Notes under the pieces: generated by a model | What the model was told of the DNA's origin: nothing | Databases searched by the model: none | Seen by the model: the letters and a program-made list of their open reading frames with translations, nothing else | Shown: positions 52,655-64,000 of the stretch, one piece after another | Position numbering within the stretch: position 1 is the first letter of the stretch | How the letters are laid out: every line of letters starts with the position of its first letter | Made by a program: the position numbers and the translations under genes | Origin: Octopus sinensis | Lineage: Eukaryota | Reading direction: 5' to 3' | Assembly: GCF_006345805.1 (NCBI RefSeq) | Contig: NC_043005.1 | Coordinates: 54,746,001 to 54,810,000 of the forward strand | Length of the DNA: 64,000 nt

Positions 52655-54599
52655 TTTCTCTCTCTTTCTCTGTTCTATATCTTGTTTCTCTTTTTTCTCT
52701 TTCCATGCACAACACCATATACTTTATAAAATCCATTTACTACTGTTTTTCTTTGTTTTTGTTTTTCTTTTGTTGTTGTTTTTTCTTCCACCTTCTTTCT
52801 CTGTTGCTGCATACTTCATACTTATGAATTAACTGATTACAAAAGATTGCTAGTTGGAAATGATAAGATCACAGAAAAATCAAGTCATTCAACTGAGCAT
52901 GTTTACAAGATTGGTATCCAATGATTGCTCTTATACAAGAGTTTATTTTTGGTAAATGTTATGTTTAGAATGAATCTTAGAATATTGGTGACAGAACAAG
53001 ATGAAAAACCTATTAAGCAATAGGAATATTTACTTTGATGGTTACACTTCTGATAAGGAAATAAGTATAGAATTGGACATTGAGAAAGTAGTGTTTAGAA
53101 AATCAAGCTTCACTGTTTTAGGAAGCAAAATTAGGCAAACTATCTTTAAGAGATATTTGACAAAAAAATAATACCTTGATTGAATAAATGATAGACAAGT
53201 CTTTTATCTGTGTTTTGGCACTGAGACCATTTCTATGCTTAAAGGGCTTGGCTTTGATTCAAACAATTACCAATTGGTATTAAACAGTGTTATTTATTCA
53301 TTCAGGTGTCTTGTGTGTGTTTTATATTTATATATATTTTTTTGTTTGTTTTTGTTTTTTTGTAATGATATCAAAATAAGCTGACCCTATAAAAGTTATT
53401 ATTCAAACAGATTTATTATATTGCATATGTGTACAGAAAAATCTCTTTGAGAATTGATGGTAGGAAAAAATAATTATTTCTTTTTTTTTTCTATATCAAC
53501 ATTTCCATCTTCTCCCTCATCTTTATCATCCTTATCATCATCATCATCCTCGTCCTCATCACCATTTTCCATTTACACATGCATATAGTTATACATACAG
53601 TAATTACTCAAATTCAAAATGGCTGAAGACTAGCATTTTGCTTGAAACTCAGAGTACCAACAAATTTGGATAAGACAGTCGTGAACCATACATGTAACTC
53701 CCAATAAATGTATTGAGTGCCCTTCTTTTGTATCTGCTGAATAGCAGGCAGACATCTACCTGAATAGCAGAAATGAGGTGTTTAATCCTTGCCCACATAA
53801 AAGAAAGTACATCCTATCATACCTGTGCACCCCACCATGACTGCAACCACTGGTCCCTTGCCTCGGACCTGTATCAACGACCTTCCACCAATCACTCAAG
53901 CCTGGCAAAAAGAGTTTCATTAAGGCAAACACCAATGCACCTATGTACACATACGCATACCCCTATAAGGTGGACACCCCACAAAATAGGTCTCCACCAC
54001 CCCTAGCACATACCACTGCACACAAATTGTACCTCCATACATGCACAGACCCAACTCACACACACACACATTACACAGTGCATGCTAGCATAAAATACCC
54101 CACGACTGAAATGCGATGCCACATAAAAGCCCCCATGCTGTGCTACATAAAACGCCCATGCAGTGCCTCATAAAAGTGCCCATGCAGTACCACAAGAAAA
54201 TGCCCATGCAGTGCCATGTAAAAGCTGCCATGTGGTGCCATATAAAAGTGTCTGTGTGGTGCCCCATATAGGACCCAGCACACTGTAAAGTGGTTAGCAT
54301 TAGGAAGAGCATCTAGCCATAGAAACCATGCCATATCACTCTGGATCCTGGTGCAGCTCTCCCAGCTTGCCAGCTCTGGTTACACTGTAGAACCCATGCC
54401 AGCATAGACAAGAGACATTAAAGGATGATGATGATGATATATACATGTGTGTGTATACACAACAGGTTTCTTTCAGTTTCTATGAACCAAATCCAGTCAC
54501 AAGGTTCTAGTCACCTGAGAGCTATAGTAGAAGACACTTGCTCAAGGGGTGCCTGCAGCAGAACTGAACCCAGAACTATGTAATTTGGGAAATAAACTT

Positions 54600-55985
54600 C
54601 TTTATTTCATTACATTTGCCATAAAGGCATAATACAGATGAAAGCTTTGCAGGCTGGACATAGACACAATGATGATGATGGAATGAAAAAAGAGATGGTT
54701 GGTGGGGGAAGCAGCCAACGCCCACCGATTGTTACTTCCCGATAACATTGTTCTTCTTTAAAAACACAAATGAGGTGTTGAACCTCTTACAACAGTAACA
54801 AATTGAAGTGCTGAGCCTCTTACCAATCAAAAAAGAGTTCAGCAAATATATTCAACTTGTGGCGCTAAGCCTCTTACCAAAATCACCAACTTCGAATCGC
54901 GGCACTAAGACTTCTTACTCTACCTCCCTGATTAAGGCTCTTGCTGCCTGTAGGCAAGCCTGCAGTCACAAGATGGGACCCCATAAGAGATAATTGTATT
55001 CACCCTGCAGAAATAATTTTCTGCCATGACTTCTGCAGCCCCCTGTGGAGGCCAATCCAGGCTTTAAATGCAGGTCAGGACCGTCTGTTCCCGACCTTCA
55101 AGATTCCTCACAAAGTTCTCTACTGCCCCTCCCTGAAGAAAGATCACAAAGTCATCATTTATTATACTGGGAGGGGCCACAGTTTCCTCCATCGGGGGCA
55201 CAATTCCCACCGACGAGGTTTCGGAACATGCTGGCAGTGCACTACTAACTGCACAGTCCCATTCTGTTTCTTCTTTTTTCTCGTCTTTGATACAGGAGGG
55301 GGGGTTCCTCTGCTTTAACCAGAAGATCATTCCCCTTTCTTTTTGGGGAGGTCTATACCTCCTCAACTACCTCCATCTCTCCCTCCGGAGGAGGAGGGGG
55401 ACTCTTCCACAACCAACTGTTCCAGGACCCTACTCTGGTCCAGAGGACAGTTCTTTTTAATGTGGCCTGGTTCCAGGCACAGGTAACACTTGGGGATGGG
55501 GCATCCCTTAAGTATTACCAGGTGCCTGCAACTGACCATTTTCAAGAAATCTGGAAAGACCAGATTCTTGGCTGATTGGGTCTACAGGGTCAAAACAGCT
55601 TTGGCCCCAACCCAATCATCCACCGGCAAAATTTTAACATTAAACAGCTTGGATCCACTGCCACCCAGACCCCAGCAGATAGTGTCCTCTATCCACTAAG
55701 ATTCAACCCTTGGTGGCAACCTGCAGACCCAAGCTCTTGTCAACTTCTTCCCACAATACGTGGGAAGAAACAAAATTTCTTTGCCCTCTAAGGGCTGGCT
55801 TGCAAATTTACGAGCCTCCTCAGGGGTGTCAAATAACAACAACACCACTGCATATTTGACCTTGGAGATGAATTTAATAGTTGGCAAATACTCTGCTAAC
55901 TCTTTTTCAATTTGAATTTTTTTAAAGAGGGAGATGGTGTCGAGCGACTTTGAGTAAGTCCTTAACACCACTGTCCTCTTCTTAC
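54600..55985 (-). pseudogene. Retroelement ORF1/gag-like remnant (L1/Tx1-like) with CCHC zinc knuckle, no pol
   Basis: VLRTYSKSLD..VVLLLFDTPEEARKFASQPL..TRAWVCRLPPRVE; PKCYLCLEPGHIKKNCP (CX2CX4HX4C); minus-strand AATAAA near 54601-54606. Confidence 0.65.
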
Positions 55986-57217
55986 CACACAGCCACGCCT
56001 ACACCTGAATTTATCTTTTGATAAAATTTGAACAGGTAATAGTGATCTCTATGGAAATGGAGAATAAGCAAGCATTTGAAATGCAATCCAACTATTGTTG
56101 TTTTGCCTATATAGTATAGAAATTTAATTTTCCATCGGTTCTTTTCTTAGTTTAGCAAATAAAAAAAGAAATAAATAAAAAAGAAAACATTTTGTTTGTT
56201 TTTTTGTTTAACGTTTTAACTTAATCATAAAAATATGTTACTATGGAATAAAAATTGTCAATTTGATAAATTATGGGATTTGATTTTGTTTCAAAAAGAT
56301 CTGTACAAAATTAAGTTATTAGTTGAAATATTTGCAGCAATTTCTAACATGATTTTATAATGTTGTGAATAGATGTAGATGTTGAAGGCAGAAATTTTGG
56401 AGGGCAATAGTTTAAACAGGTGTTTTTTGCACAATAGAAAATAATAAATAAAAATAAATGAATACATAAGCAGTTCAAAAGTTAAATTATTTACAAGAAA
56501 TTCGTTTTATGTATTTTGAAAGTGACATAAAAGTATTATTTAGTGTTTTGTTTGTTTTTTATTTCTTGTTTTGTTTGTTTTGTTGGTGTTTTTTTTTCTG
56601 TAGAGTTCATAGAGTTTTATTTTTATTTTTCATTTTTATTTTAAGAAGAAAAAGACTCCAACCTGACTTTTAGAGAAGATAACACTCACAGAACAAAACA
56701 AAAAGGGGGAAAAACAAAACAAAAAGATTGATTTGGGAACAAAGAGAGGAATTCTATTTTGGTTGGGAAAAGTCAATGCTGTTGTAGTTGTAAAGAAACA
56801 AAAGAGGAGAATTCTTTTTTTTTTTTTCTGTTTTCTTTTATTCCTTTCAGTCATTGAACTGCAGCCATGCTGTAGCTCTCCATTGAAATAAATAGTAGTT
56901 CCTAACTGGAGAAACAGAGAAACAAACCCTAACTGTCATTTTGAGAGCATGGAATACTAAATTCAGCCACCTAGAGAAACAAAAAGGAAGAGAATGAAAA
57001 TCAAGACCTAGGAAGGTCGAAATTACCATCCATATAAATTTTGTATGGTTTTTCACATAGCTTCATTTCATTTTGAAAATTACCAATCTGGTGTGTTTAT
57101 TTAATGGCCTATCAATATATACAGTGAGTTTCTTTGCCCTGGTTTCAGAAAGACTTTTGACAAGAAATGGAAACAAAATTGAAAGAAGAAAAACTAATAG
57201 TAATAATAATAATAATA

Positions 57218-57553
57218 TGGGGGAGCATCATAGCCATGTGTTGAGAGGGATTCTTTGGGGTTTGAATAATTCACCTCTGGGAACATGGGTGTTTCGTTCA
57301 ACATCCTTAAACAACCCTTATTCAGGGACCTTTTGAGCGGGATGGGCTACTCAACCTGAAGAAAATTCTAACTGGGCCCCACCTGTAAGGTCATGTGCTG
57401 TTTATCTTGATATGAGATCACCATGTCGCGCACATATGGTTGTGATGCATGTGCCTGGTGTACCCTTATCAGACGGGTAGTCATGATGGGTATATTGGGC
57501 TTCGTATATTTTACCCCAGTGTCACTTTGATGGCATGAACTGCTCTCTCACTC
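57218..57553 (+). mobile_element. Unclassified retroposon 3' part inserted in (TAA)n
   Basis: Its 5' part matches ~35287-35327 (minus); its terminus CTGCTCTCTCACT also occurs at ~49306-49318 before (TAA)n. Confidence 0.65.
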
Positions 57554-57599
57554 AATAATAATAATAATAATAATGATAATAATAATAATAATAATGATA

Positions 57600-58352
57600 A
57601 AAAATGGAGCAGACCCAAAATGCCGATTCTGCAATGACATGATTGAAACAGTGGACCACCTAATCTCCGGATGTAAAGTCTTAGCACCAGTGGAGTATAA
57701 ATTAAGACATGACAGAGTTGGCCAATATCTACACTGGCTAATAAGTCGGCATTACAATATCAAAACTGCCGACAAGTGGTATAATCACCACCCTGAAGCT
57801 GTAACTGAAGGAGAAAATGTAACGATTCTGTGGGACTTTCCAGTACATACAGACCGAACCATCAAAGCCAATAAACCAGATATTGTTGTGAAAGACAAAA
57901 ACAATAAAGTTTGCTTATTGATCGACATGAGCATCCCCTGTGATCATAATATCTCAGCGAAAGAGTTTGACAAGCTCAGAAAATATAAAGACCTGCTCAT
58001 TGAAATTGAGAAAATGTGGAATCTCAGGCGGTTACAATACCAGTGATCGTAGGAGCACTAGGAATGATCAAGAAGGGAACCGAAAATTATATGAGAATGA
58101 TCCCTGGCTTACCATCCCTGCAAGAAGTGCAAAAGATTGTCTTAACTGGTACATCACACGTATTGAGAAGAGCATTATCGCTGTGAGAGCTGTTACTGCC
58201 CATGTATTTTAATTTAACCTTAAGAAAAAAAAAAAAATGAACGAACTATTGAGTTTGGTTTAATGGCCTACCAATGTATACTATGAGTTTCTTTGCCCTA
58301 GGAGTCGGGAAGACGCTCAGCAAGAAATGGAAGCAAATTTGAAAGAAGAAGA
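57600..58352 (+). pseudogene. R4/Dong-like 3' fragment with CCHC finger and RLE endonuclease
   Basis: DPKCRFCNDMIETVDHLISGC..RHDRV..ILWDF..ANKPDIVVKD..CLLIDMSIPCD..K..KY; (TAA)n on both sides. Confidence 0.9.
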
Positions 58353-58375
58353 AAAAAAAACAAAATAATAATAAC

Positions 58376-58410
<35 letters not shown>

Positions 58411-58474
58411 TGATAATGATGATGATGATCATCATGATCATGATGATAATAATAATAATAAAAACAATAATAAT

Positions 58475-58686
58475 CCTTTCTACAAAAAGCACACGGCCTG
58501 AAATTTGTTGGGGAGGCACTGGTTGATTACATCACCCCCAGTGTTTCACTTGTACTTAATTTATTGACCTGAAAAGGTTGAAAGGCACAGTTGACCTCAG
58601 CAGAATTTGAACTCAGAATGAAAAGGTGGACAAATTGCTGCTAAGCATTTTGCCCAGCATTCTAACAATTTTGCCAGCTCGCCAAC

Positions 58687-58771
<85 letters not shown>

Positions 58772-59066
58772 CATCATTATTATTATCATCATCATTATTA
58801 GTATTATCATTATTATTATTATCATTATTATTATTATCAATGTGTTGGAAAGGCGGTGAACTGGCAGAATCGTTAGCACTGTGGACAAAATGATTAGCAG
58901 TATTTCGCTCGTCGCTATGTTCTGAGCTCGAATTCCACTGAGGTCAACTTTGCCTTTCATCCTTTCAAGGTTGGTAAATTAAATACCATTTGAGTACTGG
59001 GGTCGATGTATTCAACAATCCCCCTCCCCAAAATTTCAGGTCTTGTGCCTATAGTTGAAATGATTA
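58475..59066. mobile_element. Head-to-head pair of SINE family B copies around a (TAA)n/(TTA)n switch
   Basis: Minus copy ~58475-58687, plus copy ~58850-59066. Confidence 0.8.
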
Positions 59067-60385
59067 TTAACGTGCTGGGTACAAGCTTCATCTAGAAGTG
59101 CTGTGGTTATTAATTAACCCCAAGTCATAATTAATTAGGATCTCTGTCGGAAAAAATATTTCCAGCTTTGTCCATACAGGATAGTATTTTGTGGAGAAGT
59201 TGGACAAGATTCCATTGAGTCTTCCCTTTTTAAAGACTGTAGGGTATAATTTGTTTGGAGACTTGGTTGTTATTGTTAGCAGGTCAAGTAACCCCATACA
59301 GGTACCCTTGTTGGTTTGTGTATTTCTGTATGTGTAATGTGGGCATGTGTGAGTGTGTGTGTGAGTGCGTGCGTGTAGATGTGAGCCTGTGTTTGACCAT
59401 GTTTTTGTGTTAAGAGTGTATGCAGGTGCATGTGTGTGTGTGTGTGTGTGTGTCAATTACTGGAGGTGTTCCAGACCTAAATGTTTCATGATAAAATCAA
59501 TTACCAGTGGAATCTCTGCACATATCGTTACCATTTATTATTATGAAGAGCACTTACGTGACCTGAGTGTTTGGCCAGTCAGGGTCAGTTATCGGTCAGT
59601 CGTTTGGTGAGAAAAGGAAGAAAGAAAGAAGGCAAGAAGGAAAGAGTGACAGACAGAGGGAGAGAGATGGAGATGGGAGTGGGCAGAAAAGGAAAAGGAA
59701 ACTGATTCAGAAATGGTTTGTAAGAGGAAAAGGAAAATACAATCTTTACCTTAGTGAAATTTAACATGGAACTGACCAACAACTCATAAACCTCTTTAAT
59801 AAGTGGAGGCAGGAAATCATTTCGTAAATTTCGTAAATATCAGAGCCAGTGTCACAAAAATAAATACTAGCTCAAAAATGCAAAAGATATAATTCGTTCT
59901 GAAATAATTGACCGAAATCTGACCTTCTTTTCTCAGAGATTATTACAAGTCACATGTGTAGCCTCCATAAAAATAAGCTGTAGTAACATTATGTTTAGCC
60001 AGCGAAATGGTGATTGCATCTAGCATGATACATTTTAAGCAGTTTTGTATGTGTTGTCTATGTATGTGTAAGTTTGGCTGTTACTTGTAAGTGTAAAGTC
60101 GATCTGTTACTACACACTCTTGCTGATGAACCCACAGTAAGAGGACCAAACACACACACACATATAGACACAAATGTATGTGCACACACACACGTTCACA
60201 CACAGATATAGGTATAATGTGATGGTGTATGTTTTGAAACATATTTAGCGAATAACTAGATGATAACACCACACTTTCAAATAACTGAACATTTTAAATA
60301 TTCACACCTCTTTGCACAATGTCCCAGTACAGGCTAATATATAAGAGAAATGAAAAAGACACAGGAACCTTTGCATTATCAAGGC

Positions 60386-60534
60386 ACTGGTTGGCGTTAG
60401 GAAGGGCATCTAGCTGTAGAAACAATGCCAGATCAGACTGGAGCCTGGTGCAACCTCCTGGCTTCCCAGACCCTCGTCGAACCATCCAACCCGTGCTAGC
60501 ATGGAAAACGGACATTAAACGATGATGATGATGA
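60386..60534 (+). mobile_element. RTE 3' end
   Basis: GGTTGGCGTTAGGAAGGGCATCTAGCTGTAGAAA..GGACATTAAACGATGATGATG. Confidence 0.85.
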
Positions 60535-61291
60535 CTTTATTAGAAAACAGAAACCAACTTTGAAATGCAGAGGTGAGTTGGATTCATAGGATAAAAATTC
60601 TTCCCAAATCATATAGACTCTTAAGGCTGGTTTCCTGATTTCTATGGCATATACATTCCCCACATGGATGGAATACTGGTTTGTTGCAAGATCACACATT
60701 TTTGGCAGATGAGTAGACAGAAGCAACATGAAATGAAGTGTTTTACTCAAGAATATAATGCATTATCCAGTCCAGGAATTGAAATCACAATCTTATGATC
60801 ATAAAGTTCAACACCCTAACCACTAAGCCACGCGCTTCCACAGTTGGATACATGGAAATTCATATTTAGTTTCTCTGAGTAGTAAAAGTGTGTGGTCTCA
60901 TGTTTGTAGTTCATTTAAATAAAAATTCTGCATGGCAGTGCCCCAGCATGGCTGTAGTCCAATGACTGAAACAAGTAAAAAGATGAAAGATATGGATACA
61001 GGAGACTCTATCACAGCATTAAGGATTCATTATTTATATATATATATACATATACATACATGTGTGTGTGTAAATATGATGAGCTTCTTTCAGTTTTCAT
61101 CTATCAGATCTACTCAAGGCTTTGCTCAGCTTGGGACTATAGTAAAAAGACACTTGCCTGAAGTGCTCTGCTATGGGACTGAACCCCAAAATCATGTTAC
61201 TGAGAAGCAAACTTCTTACCACTCAGCCACGTATCTATTGCGCATAAATATTTATATATCATACATAATTAAATAATAAACGAGTAATTCA

Positions 61292-61520
61292 GAGAGCTTC
61301 TTACAATGAGAAGGAATCACAAATGATTTATCATTCTTTATATATTCTGAGCAAATCATTCATCTACAGAGAAAAAGCAACAACAAATTGCTACAAACCA
61401 GAGTTCACTGGTTTGTAATAATTCTTTGCTGCTTTTCCTGTGTAGAGATGGGTGATTCACCTGAAATATATAAGGAATTAATAAATCATTAATTCTCTCT
61501 TTGCACTGTAAGAAGCTCTC
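61292..61520. repeat. Diverged ~230-bp foldback with 6-nt loop
   Basis: GAGAGCTTCTTACA..TACAAACCAG agttca CTGGTTTGTA..TGTAAGAAGCTCTC. Confidence 0.8.
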
Positions 61521-61614
61521 CGTTTTATTTCTTTATTGTTTTCTGATATCATAATGCTTTAAGAGAACCGCTATACATTTCTCATTCCTTCTATATGTTT
61601 GTATGCATTTGTGC

Positions 61615-61744
<130 letters not shown>

Positions 61745-62236
61745 GTCCCACCCATGCTAGCATGAAAGGAAGATGTTAAATGATGATGATGACGATGATG
61801 ATATCATGATCATGATCATGATTATGTAGATATATGTGTGTGTGTGTGTGTATTATATAATATAATATAATATTTTATTATATTATATATATTAGTTTCA
61901 GCTAAATGCTTTGGTCATGCTGGGGCACTACCATTTTGCTACACTACTGTTACTAAGAGCCTCATCTAATATGTGGCATTTGGTGAATAAGTGAGTTTGA
62001 TGTCACTACCCTCAATTGCACCTCTTGTCATGAGGTAGGTTCATCTGGAACTCTCGACAGGAAGAGGTCTAGTTTTGATTTGAAAACACCTACATCCACT
62101 TTGTATAGATCCCTCTGGCTCTTTGGGAGAATATTAAAAAGCTGTGGGCTCCTGAAACCCAGGCTGTTGCAGTAACTGGTCCTGAAGTGCAAAACTTTAA
62201 AATGGCAAATAATTTAACTTTTATTATTATCATCGT

Positions 62237-62280
<44 letters not shown>

Positions 62281-62311
62281 CCACATTATCATCACCATCA
62301 TCATCATCACC

Positions 62312-62399
<88 letters not shown>

Positions 62400-64000
62400 T
62401 ATTATTATTATTGTTGTTGTTATTATTCAGTAAAATACAACACAGTCAAGTACTGAGGTTGATGTAAATTACCAAATTCTCTCCCACTAAAAGTGCAAAC
62501 CTTGTGCCAAAATTGGTAGCAATTATTATTATTTTTGGTACCATTGTTATTTTAATCTATGAAGCCTTACCATTTATTGAATGACCGCTTAGTTCTTAAG
62601 TCTTGATAAGACGTCAGTCTTTTGCAGAATTGAACTCCATAACTCCATATTGTTAGCCAACACATAAGTTAAAGCATTTCACAATGCTATTTCTATCACT
62701 ATGTAACTAACAGCAGTAAATAATACTATTAAACAGTATCTAGGTGGCCTTAGCCATTCACAATGAAAGGTCTTGACCAAGAACATATTGGTGAATGTAT
62801 GCAAAGTGCTAAACTCTCGCACTTTTATTTTGTTATTCTATCAATTTCATCATACAACTTCACTCACAACATAATGGCAATGCCAAAGAATATAATTTGA
62901 TTAAAAATAAACAAAATGAAATCTTGGGAAAGTAAATTACTTTACCAGAAGCAAATGTTTTTTTTTTTTACCCTTCAGCAAAGTTATTTAGTTTTGTATG
63001 AATTGACTAATCACGTTGAGAGGGTGAAATTGTCTTTTTATTAAGAAAAATAAATTAAAATAAACAGGTACGAAATTACTTGTAAAGACTTTTGTTGTCA
63101 AAACTTTTGTAGCAAGGAATAATGTTCTACTGGTCTATTTTGTACTTTATTCCATCAATAACTCAAAACGAATTGAAAACTGGACAGTTGAAGAGAGGTG
63201 TTAAATAGCATTGGGGTGCTGGTGTGCTTTTAAAGAGCAGAAGATGTGGGGAAAAAAAAAATTTTGAATGTTGGTAATTGCAGTTTTGTGTCCTTGAAAA
63301 GAAAAGTGATTCAATTTGTTGTTATGAGATCTTTTCCACTACTGAAATATATCTAATTTATAACCTGGTCTGATCTGTGACAGATATTACTTACATACAT
63401 ATGCACTCACACACACTCATGCATACAGACACACACATACACATACACACACACATACACATACACACACACATGCACATGCATACATGCACACAAACAT
63501 TTGTGTGTGTGTGTATCGTCACCACCATTTAATATCCACTTTTCTGTCCTTGTAAAAGTCAGACAGAATTTGTTAAGGCAGATTTTCTATGATCAGATTC
63601 CTTCCTTGTTGCCAACTCTCACCTGTTTCCAAGTAAGGTAATATTTCCCCAAAGCCAGACATGTTTACACAGAAGATTGGAAATGATGGTGACACCTTAT
63701 TTGTGACAATCACATGAAACTGAGGTAAGGAGACAGCAATACACACACACACATACACACACACATACACACATACCTATATTTTGTTGTATCTTGAGGG
63801 TGTCTGTATGCCGATATCAAACACACAAACACTGGCTCAATATCACATCTTTATTATAAGTCAATTGGTTAGTTATTTAACCAACTAATTAACCGATTGC
63901 TTGCATAATCACTGGATTTATCAATAACCAATCAACTGACTAATAATAAAGAAGTAATATGAAAACCAGGGTGTGCTTTAATTAGTAGCATTCTGCTTTT

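Noticed and set aside
56847-57056. Minus-strand ORF or acceptor suggesting an exon
   Set aside because: Partly a SINE tail; no recognisable protein or donor site

Overview
AT-rich, microsatellite-saturated eukaryotic DNA with no intact protein-coding gene. The repeat inventory looks like an Octopus (coleoid cephalopod) genome; this is recognised from memory of the SINE/LINE families and was not verified by a search. Most ORF-track entries are simple-repeat artefacts. Real features are many tRNA-derived SINE copies (several families), decayed LINEs (RTE, CR1-like, R4/Dong-like in (TAA)n tracts, an L1/Tx1-like ORF1), a TIR-bounded Tc1 remnant, several MITEs/foldbacks, and a possible terminal exon ending in a PDZ-binding motif near 1.7 kb. 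The strongest unexpected signal is about ten minimal type I hammerhead-ribozyme motifs. They sit in short, mostly unrelated non-coding elements that mainly lie in (TA)n tracts (Penelope-like/retrozyme-type). Two have compensatory 3:8 core changes (G3:C8, U3:A8) and one pair is mirrored inside a 264-bp palindrome. Coordinates were counted by eye; repeat boundaries are approximate.
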